The notes under the pieces were generated by a model, which worked only from the letters and a program-made list of their open reading frames with translations, was not told where the DNA came from and made no database searches. Of a stretch of 64,000 bases of DNA, positions 20,651 to 30,571 are shown piece after piece (positions within the stretch are counted from its first letter, which is position 1; each line of letters opens with the position of its first letter). This stretch comes from Escherichia coli (GTDB taxonomy: Bacteria > Pseudomonadota > Gammaproteobacteria > Enterobacterales > Enterobacteriaceae): assembly GCF_965641715.1 (NCBI RefSeq), contig NZ_OZ282453.1; one strand, given 5' to 3'. The translations under genes were made by a program, and so were the position numbers.

Positions 20651-21074
20651 TTTTTTTGAACAACTTTTTACCCTTCCGGCCCGCGTGGCGACTGGATCCG
20701 TCAAGGATCCGTGCGTGCACAAAAAAACGCGTTTTTTCTGCGCGCAGGTGACGGGGGAACAGCCCGCGTTTCAGGGGGTAAATAGCATTCCCTGAACGAT
20801 GTCGCAGCGACACAACAGAATGGCTGTATTTCTCACACTGAGCGTGAAAAAGGCGTGAGGGCTTTTGATTTGATGGGGTGACAGATAAGGCCGTCAAAAT
20901 CGCACTGAGGCGGCAAGAACATGCAGTCAACGCGGTGGGATTGCGTAAGAGCCTGACCGTCGATGATGGCGATAAGCTGGAAGACGTCGTGAAATTATCT
21001 GATTGATACAGGAGCTGGAGAGTCGGGGCATAAATTTTTTATGCCCCGGCGAAGCAGCAGACAAGCGAAGCGCG

Positions 21075-22121
21075 TCAGGATGTGGGCTGGGTGTCCAGCA
21101 GTGCGTAAGGGTTAAAGCGGATCACCTCTTCGCCAAGCCAGTCATTGATATGCTTCATGGCCTCCATGACGGGCATCAGCTCGTTAATTGCGTAAACCCG
21201 CGCTGCCTTCTCCACATCACCAAACGCACTTTTTTCGCCCGGCATCGCCCCCATCAGTTGCGGCGGAACGCGGTGCGCAGCCAGCACATCATCACGGGAT
21301 GCCGCCTTAACATTCATGAACTCATCCTTTGCGGTGATCTGCTGGAACGGCAAAATTTGCACACCTTCTTTGCCCCCGTTGGGCGCGTGAATGAGCACGT
21401 TTTTAAATGCACCACCACCACGCGCACCCTGTAGCGTTTCCTTCAGGGAGTCCATGCTTTCGCGGTTTACCTGCGCTGCACCGATGTAGATGATGCACCC
21501 GGCGTGGGATCCATTGTCGTAGTACAGTTTTCTGAACATGTCCGCCGAATGAGACAGGCTGGCCGAGAGTAATGCGCCAAGATATTCCGGCATGCCGTAA
21601 ATTTCCTGGTTAATGTCCGGATTCATCAGGTGGCACACTTTGCCAGGGCGAAACTGAAACGCGTCCTTGCCATCCTGCACATACCACCATGATTCAAGAT
21701 CGCTTCCGCGTCGCATGTATTTCGCCAGTGCGTGCCGTAATTTAAGTGGTTCGCCGAGCATATTGCTCCGAAGCTCAAGGAATGCGTTACCGAACACAAA
21801 CCAGTCCAGCGCCAGCGCCGAGAAATCCTGCCGGGAAAGCAGCGGGTGCGGGATGTAGCAACCGAGCAATACATTGCGCTTAAAGTAAAGCGCAGACTGA
21901 TGCCAGGACGTTTGCCGGGCGGCTCTTGCCAGACCGTACCAGTCCACCGGGGTTTCATACCACCGCCCGTTATCAGCACAGTACATATTGTCCAGCAGGT
22001 CATGCCCGGTCAGGCGGTAAGGACCATCAAATGTGAATGCACTGAGCGACGATTCTTTCCTGAGCGCATCAGCGAGATCAATGCGTGAACTCATGCGCAC
22101 TTTTTTATTTTTTCTGCTCAT
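21075..22121 (-). CDS. Portal protein (P2 gpQ-like)
   Basis: 348 aa, co-oriented and overlapping with the large terminase gene as in the P2 Q-P operon. Confidence 0.85.
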   Translation of the reverse strand: MSRKNKKVRMSSRIDLADALRKESSLSAFTFDGPYRLTGHDLLDNMYCADNGRWYETPVDWYGLARAARQTSWHQSALYFKRNVLLGCYIPHPLLSRQDFSALALDWFVFGNAFLELRSNMLGEPLKLRHALAKYMRRGSDLESWWYVQDGKDAFQFRPGKVCHLMNPDINQEIYGMPEYLGALLSASLSHSADMFRKLYYDNGSHAGCIIYIGAAQVNRESMDSLKETLQGARGGGAFKNVLIHAPNGGKEGVQILPFQQITAKDEFMNVKAASRDDVLAAHRVPPQLMGAMPGEKSAFGDVEKAARVYAINELMPVMEAMKHINDWLGEEVIRFNPYALLDTQPTS

Positions 22122-23872
22122 CAGAACTCCATAACCGTGAAACGCTCGTTTTCTCCTTCGCCGCCAATTGGTTCGTTAATGACAGCAAGCATGGTTGCCC
22201 ACGCAAGGTCGCCGTGGCTGATCCCCCTCGCGCGGTCCGTTTCGTAAGTGATAAAGCCGCCCGGTGTTTTCACCTTACGCACGGCGTTAAAGGCCGCGAC
22301 CAGCTCGCGTTCGGCGCGATCGTATTCCCACCGCCCGGCACGCATTATTTGCAGCATTTTCAGTACCAGCGACCGTTTTGATGACAGCGTGAAGGTGTAC
22401 GGAATAGCGGCAGGGAAAAACCGTTTCACTATCTGATAAACAGCCTCCCCGTTCCCGCCCGTCACATCAATGCCGATGTGTTCCACGTTGTAGCGACACG
22501 TGAACTCTTCAATGACTCTGGCCTGTTCTTCAAACTCCAGCCCCTGAACGCGTCGCGTCTCCACCGTTCGAAAACGGCCACCAGGAACAGCCGGAGGAAC
22601 CACCACGGACACCGCGCCACTGTCGCCGTTTCCACTGCTGCCGTTTGCGTCATACCCAATCCATACCGGACGATTCCCCATCGGGCGGGGAGCAAAAGGT
22701 TTCCAGTCTTTCCAGTCGTCGTATCCGTCAACACCGCAGCCAATCAGGATATTCAGGTTAAATGCCGATTCCCCTTCGCGGACAAACTCACACATATAGA
22801 GATTGCGGAACTCGTCTTCGGTGTTTTCATCACGAATTTCATCAATATCGGTGTGTTTCCAGCCGTGATTAACCACATCTTCCAGCGTGACAATTTGCCG
22901 CCACGTCCGGTCGGGGCAGATAAGCCCGTTATGCAGCGTTTTCCAGTCCACAGAAAAACGCTGGCGTTTATGCGCGGCCTTTTTCTCGTTCCAGCGGTCG
23001 CCGTTCCAGTAGACGTATGCCTCGTGCGTTTCGGTTGATGGCGTGGAGAAGTAGGTGCGTCGCAGCCCGCTGAGGGTTGCCATAGCGCCAGCCACCTTGC
23101 GCAGTTCAGCAAAGCGACTGACCCAGAAAAATTCATCAAAATAAAAATTGCCTGTGTAGGACTGTGCCGTCGCAGCAGAAGTGCCGAGAAAATGCAGCTC
23201 TGCGCCGTTGGAGAGGATGATTTTATCGCCCCCTTTCAGCTCCACATCAACTTCAGATGCAGCCTTCTGAATAATGCTTTTAAACTGGAACGCCTGACGA
23301 CGCGACGCAGACAAAAAAATCTGGTTACGCTGGTAAGGTTGCGCCACATCGTCACGCAGCGCCATCAGCAGTGCTTCCTGTGCAAAATACCAGGTCGCCC
23401 CAATCTGTCGGGATTTCAGGATCATCCTGTTACGTATCCCGGCTTCCCTGCAAAGGGTCAGGGAGTCAAACCAGCCCCGCTGATGCCACTCCAGCCTGCT
23501 GATGATTTTTTCCCGCAGTGCGGCAATCTGTTCCGGCGTGAAATGATTTTTAAGCTTTTTCGCCCGGCCTTTCTTTCCTGTGGCCGTCGCATCCGGCTGG
23601 CCATCATGCAGTTTTTTAAGCTGCCGGGTCAGCAGGTCTATTTCCTTAAAGTCACCGCCTGTTTTATTCTGTTTTTCAGTAAGCTGGATGAGGCGCGCAT
23701 CGATGGACTGCGTGACACGCTGCACGGGTGGCGTTTCATCCCACTGGTCGCGTTTTTTCCACGCATAAATCGTGTTCGGGTTTATTCCCATCAGACGTGA
23801 TATTTCAGCGGGCGGATAACCCTGCCAGTAAAGTTGTCGCGCACGCTGGCGCACAAAAGCGTCCTGAATCAT
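22121..23872 (-). CDS. Terminase large subunit (P2 gpP-like ATPase)
   Basis: 583 aa with N-terminal HTH and terminase ATPase/nuclease regions; divergent from the capsid operon. Confidence 0.9.
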   Translation of the reverse strand: MIQDAFVRQRARQLYWQGYPPAEISRLMGINPNTIYAWKKRDQWDETPPVQRVTQSIDARLIQLTEKQNKTGGDFKEIDLLTRQLKKLHDGQPDATATGKKGRAKKLKNHFTPEQIAALREKIISRLEWHQRGWFDSLTLCREAGIRNRMILKSRQIGATWYFAQEALLMALRDDVAQPYQRNQIFLSASRRQAFQFKSIIQKAASEVDVELKGGDKIILSNGAELHFLGTSAATAQSYTGNFYFDEFFWVSRFAELRKVAGAMATLSGLRRTYFSTPSTETHEAYVYWNGDRWNEKKAAHKRQRFSVDWKTLHNGLICPDRTWRQIVTLEDVVNHGWKHTDIDEIRDENTEDEFRNLYMCEFVREGESAFNLNILIGCGVDGYDDWKDWKPFAPRPMGNRPVWIGYDANGSSGNGDSGAVSVVVPPAVPGGRFRTVETRRVQGLEFEEQARVIEEFTCRYNVEHIGIDVTGGNGEAVYQIVKRFFPAAIPYTFTLSSKRSLVLKMLQIMRAGRWEYDRAERELVAAFNAVRKVKTPGGFITYETDRARGISHGDLAWATMLAVINEPIGGEGENERFTVMEF

Positions 23873-23993
23873 TGCTCCCCCTGAGTAATTACAGGAAGAT
23901 TACCCGCGCGCGAAACCGTTCTCCTTAACCCCCTGTTCTGGCCATTTTCTTACAACAAAAGCCCTTTGTATCAGCCTGTTACGCTTTGCCATC

Positions 23994-24863
23994 ATGACTG
24001 AAGAACCAGTCAGAGGGGCAAAAACTATGGCTAATGAAAAAAAGACATCACGCAAAAAGTTTCGCGTGGCTGTCTCCGGATCAACTGTTGATGGCCGCGA
24101 AATCAGTCCGGTGCATCTGCGTGAAGCTGCTGAGAACTTCGACCCGGATGTTTACGCTGCCCGCGTGAACGTTGAGCACTATCTCTCGCCATGCCCGTCA
24201 AGCGAATTTTCCGCAATGGGCGATGTCACCGCACTGAGTACGGAAGACATTACGGAAGGTCCGCTGGCCGGGCGTACTGCGCTGTATGCAGAAATCGAAC
24301 CGACCGAGCGCATGAAGAAGCTTGTCGCTGACGGCAAGAAAATTTATTCCAGTATCGAACTGCACCCGCAGTTCTCCGTTAACGGGCGCGCCTATCTGGT
24401 CGGGCTGGCGATGACCGACACCCCGGCAAGCCTGGGCACTGAACGTCTGAAATTCACGGCACAGCAACGTCAGGCAGTGATGAAATTCAACAGTGTCCAG
24501 GGTGAGGCTCCGCTTATCTCCGAAGCCATCGAGTCTGAAATCATCGAAATGGCAGAACAACGCCAGGAAGAAGGCACCCAGTGGTTTAACCGCGTAATGG
24601 GAATTATTGGCCGTGGCCGCAAAGCGGATGACGCCAGTTTTTCCCGTATTCAGGAAGCGGTGGAAGGCGTCGCAACGTCACAGGCCGACATTATCGACCG
24701 TTTTAATGCACTGGAAGCCCGCCATAAGCAGGACCGTCAGAAAATCACGTCACTGACCACAGAGCTGACAGCACTGAAGGAAAAACTGCGCACGCAGGAC
24801 GGCGATCCGCAGAACCGGTTCACCGCAACGGGCGCAGCCTCCGACCAACTGGCTGACTTCTGA
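23994..24863 (+). CDS. Capsid scaffolding protein (gpO-like)
   Basis: 289 aa, first gene of the head operon directly before the major capsid gene; coiled-coil-rich C-terminus. Confidence 0.8.
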   Translation: MTEEPVRGAKTMANEKKTSRKKFRVAVSGSTVDGREISPVHLREAAENFDPDVYAARVNVEHYLSPCPSSEFSAMGDVTALSTEDITEGPLAGRTALYAEIEPTERMKKLVADGKKIYSSIELHPQFSVNGRAYLVGLAMTDTPASLGTERLKFTAQQRQAVMKFNSVQGEAPLISEAIESEIIEMAEQRQEEGTQWFNRVMGIIGRGRKADDASFSRIQEAVEGVATSQADIIDRFNALEARHKQDRQKITSLTTELTALKEKLRTQDGDPQNRFTATGAASDQLADF

Positions 24864-24886
24864 TAAGACAAAGGAGCAAAATTTTT

Positions 24887-25939
24887 ATGAATCTGGTGAT
24901 GTCAGATAATGCCCGTAACAAGCTGGGCTGCTACATGACGCAGCAGGCGTCGCTTAACAATATCCCGGTTTCTGCGCTGGTATCGCGATTTACCGTCAAT
25001 CCATCGGTACAACAGCGTTTTGAAAACGCTTCAAAGGAAAGTACCGAATTTACGAAAAGAATTAACGTAATCGGTGTAACTGACCAGAAAGGCGAAAAAG
25101 TTCTCCTGGACACCACCGGGCCGATTGCGCGCACGAATACCAGTTATGACGGCACAGATCGCCGTAATCCGATTAACGCTGTCGATATGAAGGCTCGTCA
25201 GTACCAGTGTGAACAGGTGAACTACGACACCTTTATTTCGTATCCGAAGCTTGATGCCTGGGCGGCTCACAGCGATTTTCAGTCGCGCATCAGCACACAG
25301 ATTGCCCGGCAGGTGGCGCTTGACCGCATCATGATCGGCTTTAACGGCACATCACACGCGGAAAAATCCAATTTCAGCACCAACAAGCTGCTTCAGGACG
25401 TTAACGTGGGCTGGCTGGAGCACATCAGAACCGATGCCAGTGAACGCGTAATGAATGACGTGACGCTGACTTCCCGCAACATGGACAACACCGTGGCGCA
25501 CGCGGGTAAGTATGCGAACGCTGATGCACTCGTACAGGACGCGCGCTCATCCCTGCTGGATGAATGGCACAAGGAAGCAGACGACCTCGTGGTGATTATG
25601 GGGCGCAACCTGTTTAACTCGCTGCGTCTGCCCGTTCTGAACAGCATCAGCGGCCAGAATCCCAATGCGGAATTACTCGCCGGACAGCTCATCCTGTCAT
25701 CGCGCACCATTGGCGGGCTGGATGTATTCCTTGCGCCGTTCTTCCCGGATGCAACGATGCTGATTACCTCATTCAACAACCTGTCAATTTACTGGCAGAG
25801 AGGCTCAATGCGTCGCCTGATGAAAGACGAGCCGGAATACAACCGCATCGCCACTTACCAGTCCATCAATGACGCTTATGTCGTTGAAGACTATGGCAAG
25901 TGCGCGATGGTCACTGGCCTGAAGTTCGCCGACAGCTAA
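24887..25939 (+). CDS. Major capsid protein (gpN-like)
   Basis: 350-aa ORF in the conserved position between scaffold and small terminase genes. Confidence 0.85.
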   Translation: MNLVMSDNARNKLGCYMTQQASLNNIPVSALVSRFTVNPSVQQRFENASKESTEFTKRINVIGVTDQKGEKVLLDTTGPIARTNTSYDGTDRRNPINAVDMKARQYQCEQVNYDTFISYPKLDAWAAHSDFQSRISTQIARQVALDRIMIGFNGTSHAEKSNFSTNKLLQDVNVGWLEHIRTDASERVMNDVTLTSRNMDNTVAHAGKYANADALVQDARSSLLDEWHKEADDLVVIMGRNLFNSLRLPVLNSISGQNPNAELLAGQLILSSRTIGGLDVFLAPFFPDATMLITSFNNLSIYWQRGSMRRLMKDEPEYNRIATYQSINDAYVVEDYGKCAMVTGLKFADS

Positions 25940-25984
25940 TCAACTCACGGCGGGCATCATGCCCGCCTGTAACGGAGAGAAAGA

Positions 25985-26785
25985 ATGATTACCCCTGCAC
26001 AGCAACACTGGCAGAACGTGATGGCGCAGCGCGCAGGCCGGGCGAATGAAGGCGTGGATCACGCCGCACGTACCGCGCATGAAGAGGTGCTGTATCGTCT
26101 GCGTCTGGCACAGGCCCGACTTAAGGGCGTACAGGCCAGAAGCGCCAAAGCCGCCATCAAAAAAGAGTTGTTACCGGACTTTTCTGGCTGGATTGAAGGA
26201 ACGCTGGAGGCTGACGGCGGGCAGCAGGATGAGGTGATTGCCACGCTGATGGTGTGGGCGATTGACTGTGGCGATCTTCCGCTGGCATTGCGTATTGGTG
26301 CGTATGTGGTCCGTCACAACCTCATCATGCCGGATAACTTTGGCCGTACTGCTGCCACAGTGCTGACCGAAGAAATCTGCAACCCGGTACTGACGCAGGC
26401 CGGGACGGATGCCGACGCGGATTTGTCCGCCTTTATCGAACCACTGGACACCCTCCGGGAGATTGTCACCGACCAGGATATGCCGGACGAAGTACGCGCC
26501 AAATTATGCAAGGCGTGCGCCTTTGCCCGCCGTGGCCTGAGCGATGCGGACAGCATGGCCCTGTCACTGAAGCTGCTGCGCGAAGCGATGCACCTGAACC
26601 CGAACGCAGGTGTGAAACGCGAGATTGCAACCCTTTCCCGCGCCCTGAAAAAAGCCGATTCCGCAGCCGCCCCAGATGACGCCAGCGCACAGCAGGCGCA
26701 GGACGAAAGCAGCAAAAGTAAAAAGACAACGCGGAAGCCTGCAACACGAAAAACCACCGCGACGCAGAAGGCGAAGCGCGTTTAA
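25985..26785 (+). CDS. Terminase small subunit / endonuclease (gpM-like)
   Basis: 266 aa with basic Lys/Arg-rich C-terminal tail; P2 M position. Confidence 0.75.
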   Translation: MITPAQQHWQNVMAQRAGRANEGVDHAARTAHEEVLYRLRLAQARLKGVQARSAKAAIKKELLPDFSGWIEGTLEADGGQQDEVIATLMVWAIDCGDLPLALRIGAYVVRHNLIMPDNFGRTAATVLTEEICNPVLTQAGTDADADLSAFIEPLDTLREIVTDQDMPDEVRAKLCKACAFARRGLSDADSMALSLKLLREAMHLNPNAGVKREIATLSRALKKADSAAAPDDASAQQAQDESSKSKKTTRKPATRKTTATQKAKRV

Positions 26786-26877
26786 CGACTGACCCCGTCA
26801 GCGGGCGGCGTGCACGGTGTTCCGGTTTGACTCCGTGACCGTTTACACCGCGCACCCACCGCCCGATTTTTTCAGGA

Positions 26878-27381
26878 GTGAACCCCATGAGTATGGTTGC
26901 CAGAACCAACCCCGGCCCCGCAGAGGACGACATCACCGATACCGATGATGGTGATACCCGTATTTCAGCGGGCGCATTCTGGCCGGATATTGTGCTGCGT
27001 GAGCTGCGTCTGGCGATACGACTGCCGGGCCGTGTGACCACCTCCCGCCTGCTGCATACCGCCACCGGGGCCGTGGCACACGTTACCCGCGAGCTGGAAG
27101 CGTGGCAGCAGGAACAGCAGGCGGCTGGCCACCAGACGCTGGCCGATGTTCCGGCACCCGTAATTAACGGAGAAAGCGTCAATCTCTGGCACTGGCGCAA
27201 TGCCGTTTATACCGCCACACGCGCCCTGATTCTGGAGCGTTACCGCGATGCGGACACAACGGATAAGGGCGACCGCCGGGCGGACGCACTGGATATACAG
27301 ACATCGGATTTGTGGCGCGATGTGAGCTGGGCCATCTCTGACATTCTGGGACGACCGCGAATCTTTGCGGAGTTGTGCTGA
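26878..27381 (+). CDS. Head completion/stabilisation protein (gpL-like)
   Basis: 167 aa, P2 L position. Confidence 0.75.
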   Translation: MNPMSMVARTNPGPAEDDITDTDDGDTRISAGAFWPDIVLRELRLAIRLPGRVTTSRLLHTATGAVAHVTRELEAWQQEQQAAGHQTLADVPAPVINGESVNLWHWRNAVYTATRALILERYRDADTTDKGDRRADALDIQTSDLWRDVSWAISDILGRPRIFAELC

Positions 27382-27581
27382 TGAAAGTGAAGGCACTGGA
27401 AGGCGACACCGTGGATTCGCTCTGTTTCCGGTACTACGGCACGACGCAGGGCGTCACCGAAAAGGTGCTGGATGCCAACCCCGGACTCTGTCAGCAGGTA
27501 TTTCTGGACCCCGGGCAGGACGTGGAGATGCCGGAGCCGGAGAAGAAGAAACGAGAAATGATTCAGTTGTGGGGGGAGTAG
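27375..27581 (+). CDS. Tail protein X (gpX-like)
   Basis: 68 aa, overlapping the gpL stop, in the P2 X position. Confidence 0.7.
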   Translation: MLMKVKALEGDTVDSLCFRYYGTTQGVTEKVLDANPGLCQQVFLDPGQDVEMPEPEKKKREMIQLWGE

Positions 27582-27583
27582 TA

Positions 27584-27907
27584 GTGAGCACTATTCAAAC
27601 AGGGATCACAGAGCAGGTTATTGCGTGGCTCTTTGACCACCTGCCAACGGTGTATGCAGCAGGCGCGGCAGTCAGCATTTCCGCGCTGATGAGTCTTTAT
27701 GACGGACGAACGCTGGTTCAGACCGTAACGGGATCGCTGGCGTGCGGCGTTCTTGCCATGGCCGTGGCCGGGTCGTTGCGCTTCTTCGGAGTTCCTGAAG
27801 ATGCCGTGACGTTTTTCGGCGCATCTATCGGTTTTATGGGCGCAGAAAAAGCACGCGACAAGATCATTGCCGCCTTTAACCGCATAACCCAAAAGGGAGA
27901 TGAATAA
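27584..27907 (+). CDS. Putative holin
   Basis: About 107 aa from GTG 27584 (G-rich RBS) with 2-3 predicted transmembrane helices; directly upstream of the endolysin gene. Confidence 0.5.
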   Translation: MSTIQTGITEQVIAWLFDHLPTVYAAGAAVSISALMSLYDGRTLVQTVTGSLACGVLAMAVAGSLRFFGVPEDAVTFFGASIGFMGAEKARDKIIAAFNRITQKGDE

Positions 27908-27961
27908 GTCGCAGGCTTAAAGCCGGTAATCACCATAAAAATCATTCACAGAGGTGACGAA

Positions 27962-28507
27962 ATGAAATCGAAAGACGAAATTTTTGATGTCGTTCTTGGC
28001 AAAGAAGGCGGCTACGTCAATCACCCGGATGACAGAGGCGGTCCGACAAAATGGGGCATCACTGAAAAGGTGGCACGGGCGCACGGATACCGTGGCGATA
28101 TGCGTGATTTAACTCGCGGACAGGCACTGGAAATCCTTGAAGCTGATTACTGGTACGGACCGCGTTTTGATCAGATAGCGAAGCTGTCCCCGGATATTGC
28201 CGCAGAACTGTGTGACACCGGAGTAAATATGGGGCCGTCTGTGGCAACCAGAATGCTTCAGCGCTGGCTGAACGTATTCAATCAGGGCGGGAAACTGTAT
28301 CCCGATATGGACACGGACGGACGCACTGGCCCACGCACGATTAACGCATTGCGTGCATATCTGGAAAAACGCGGTCGGGACGGCGAGATGGTGATGTTGT
28401 CTGCAATGAACTGTACGCAGGGCGAACGCTATCTGGAGCTGGCAGAGAAACGCGAGGCTAACGAGTCGTTTGTCTATGGCTGGATGAAAGAACGTGTAGC
28501 CCTGTAA
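27962..28507 (+). CDS. Endolysin (GH108-type lysozyme with peptidoglycan-binding domain)
   Basis: N-terminal EIFDVVLGKEGGYVNHPDDRGGPTKWGIT is typical of glycoside hydrolase family 108 lysozymes. Confidence 0.8.
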   Translation: MKSKDEIFDVVLGKEGGYVNHPDDRGGPTKWGITEKVARAHGYRGDMRDLTRGQALEILEADYWYGPRFDQIAKLSPDIAAELCDTGVNMGPSVATRMLQRWLNVFNQGGKLYPDMDTDGRTGPRTINALRAYLEKRGRDGEMVMLSAMNCTQGERYLELAEKREANESFVYGWMKERVAL

Positions 28508-28547
28508 CCTCATGAACTGCAACAAGTGAATAACGAGGACAACAACC

Positions 28548-29015
28548 ATGCTGAAAACTGATTCCCTGCGTGAAGCCATGACCCGTTCATGCCGATGGTG
28601 TCAGGCCAACCCGGAAAAATTCACCATTTTCGTGGAGAGCGGCAACATTGAAACGACCGGAGAAACGCCCTCGTTTGTTTACCGCTATCAGATGGTGATG
28701 TTTGTCATGGATTACGCCGGAGAGCTGGACGACCTCACGCTGCCGCTGCTGGCGTGGTTATCCGAAAATCAGCCACAGTTGTTGCTTAATCCGGAGTGTA
28801 ATCAGGACATCAAATTTTCCGCCGTTATCAATGACGATGACAGCGCCGATCTCCTGTTTACGCTCCCCCTGCGGGAACGCGTTCGCATCACGCGCAACAG
28901 TCAGGGGACACCGCAGGCAGAACACCTGCCGGAGCCAAAACCCCGCCTGCCCTCCTCCGAAGGCGACTGGTCGCATGTATTCCAGGATGTGACGTGGGGT
29001 GAAAGCGATGGATAA
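28548..29015 (+). CDS. Tail completion protein (gpR-like)
   Basis: 155 aa; position and size match P2 R. Confidence 0.6.
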   Translation: MLKTDSLREAMTRSCRWCQANPEKFTIFVESGNIETTGETPSFVYRYQMVMFVMDYAGELDDLTLPLLAWLSENQPQLLLNPECNQDIKFSAVINDDDSADLLFTLPLRERVRITRNSQGTPQAEHLPEPKPRLPSSEGDWSHVFQDVTWGESDG

Positions 29016-29643
29016 GGCATTCACCCGCGTGGATGAAACCTTTGAGGCCATCCGCGACAGCCTGAATCAGCAGGCCATCAATAACATCGCCAGAAAGCTG
29101 GCACAGGATTTACGCCGCGCCCAGCAGGCGCGCATCCGGTCACAGAAAGCGCCGGACGGGACCGCATGGACACCACGCAGACGCCGCGTAACCCGGATAC
29201 AGGAGCGCATTCGCTTTATCTGGAATAACGAAGCACGCACGCTGAAAAACTGGCATCACGACACGGGGAAATACGGGCGAACCATCACCGGGTGGGATGA
29301 GGATAAAAACAGCATCCGCACGTTTTACCGGGATGACATCGACCGCTTTCTGGAAATACGCACCCGGCGCATCAACCAGGACAGCACCAGGCGCGTCCCC
29401 ATGTTCGTAAAACTGCGCACCGCCCGCTACCTGAAAGCCCGTGCAGATGCTTCCGGTGTGACGGTGGGTTACAGCGGCGTGGCCGCACGTATTGCACGCG
29501 TTCATCAGTTCGGTGAGCGCGATCAGGTTGCGCCGGGCATTTTCACCGATTACCCGGTACGTGAGCTGCTGGGTATCAGCCAGGCAGATGAGCGCCTGAT
29601 TTATAACACGGTGCTGGGCCGGATTGCGGAGGCTGTACGGTGA
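28999..29643 (+). CDS. Tail completion / virion morphogenesis protein (gpS-like)
   Basis: Overlaps the R stop; basic protein in the P2 S position. Confidence 0.6.
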   Translation: MKAMDKAFTRVDETFEAIRDSLNQQAINNIARKLAQDLRRAQQARIRSQKAPDGTAWTPRRRRVTRIQERIRFIWNNEARTLKNWHHDTGKYGRTITGWDEDKNSIRTFYRDDIDRFLEIRTRRINQDSTRRVPMFVKLRTARYLKARADASGVTVGYSGVAARIARVHQFGERDQVAPGIFTDYPVRELLGISQADERLIYNTVLGRIAEAVR

Positions 29644-30221
29644 GCGCAGAACTCATGCGGCTACTGAGCAATATCATCCGCACCGGGATCATCTCTGAAG
29701 TTGATGAGAAGTCCTGGCGCGTGCGCGTTCGCAGCGGCGAACTGGAAACAGGCTGGTTGCGCTGGAACACCACGCGCGCGGGAGCCTTCAATGTGTGGCT
29801 GCCGCCATCACCAGGCGAACAGGTGGTCATTGCCTGCATTGGCGGCAACCCGGAAACCGCCATGATAATTGGCAGCCTGTGGAGTGATGCCATTCCGGCC
29901 CCAGGCAAAAGCCTGAAAGAAATCGTGGTCAGCGCGCCGGATGGCGCGGTGTTCCGCTACGACGCAGACGCAGGCGCACTGAGCGCCAGCGGCATGAAAA
30001 CGGCCACCCTGCAGGCATCCGTCAGTGTGACACTGGACACGCCTGTCGTGGAATGCACAGACCTTCTGAGAACAGCGACGCTTGACGTCACAAAAGGGGG
30101 AAAGATGAGCGGCAATATCACGCACAGCGGCGGCGATTTCACCTCAAACGGCATCACAGTGCATACGCATAAACACGGTGGCGTTAAAGGTGGCAGCGAT
30201 TCGACAGGAGGCCCGCAGTGA
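29640..30221 (+). CDS. Baseplate assembly protein V (spike)
   Basis: 193 aa; P2 V position, overlapping its neighbours. Confidence 0.8.
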   Translation: MSAELMRLLSNIIRTGIISEVDEKSWRVRVRSGELETGWLRWNTTRAGAFNVWLPPSPGEQVVIACIGGNPETAMIIGSLWSDAIPAPGKSLKEIVVSAPDGAVFRYDADAGALSASGMKTATLQASVSVTLDTPVVECTDLLRTATLDVTKGGKMSGNITHSGGDFTSNGITVHTHKHGGVKGGSDSTGGPQ

Positions 30222-30568
30222 CAACCCGCTACACAGGAATGAACCCGGACGGGACGGGAAACCTGAACGATATGGAGCACCTGAAACAGTCAGTCAGGGA
30301 CATCCTGATCACCCCGCTGGCAAGCCGGGTTATGCGACGGGAATATGGCAGCCTTGTGCCTGATTTAATTGACGAACCCATGAATAACACCACGCGTCTG
30401 CAATGCATGAGTGCTGCCGTGATTGCACTGACGCGATGGGAACCCCGCATTGCCCTGGATGCCATCGACGTTGTCTGGAAAGCAGGAGGCCGCGCCGGGG
30501 TGACGCTGTCGGGTACTGTCATGCAGACCATGCAGAATGTTGAATTAACCATCACGCTGAGGGAGTAA
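30218..30568 (+). CDS. Baseplate protein W (gp25-like)
   Basis: 116 aa; P2 W position. Confidence 0.8.
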   Translation: MTTRYTGMNPDGTGNLNDMEHLKQSVRDILITPLASRVMRREYGSLVPDLIDEPMNNTTRLQCMSAAVIALTRWEPRIALDAIDVVWKAGGRAGVTLSGTVMQTMQNVELTITLRE

Positions 30569-30571
30569 ATC

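Noticed and set aside
20700-21075. cos site between the phd-doc promoter and the portal gene
   Set aside because: The position fits P2, but I cannot recall the P2 cos sequence well enough to place the 19-nt cohesive end; not called as a feature.
20550-21075. Small ORFs (66-143 aa) in the region between the TA locus and the portal gene
   Set aside because: Overlapping, mutually exclusive frames with Cys/Arg-rich products; the region is more likely regulatory or the packaging site.
26466-27200. 244-aa minus-strand ORF across the M/L gene boundary
   Set aside because: Antisense to head genes in a GC-rich region; Arg/Ser/Cys-rich product.
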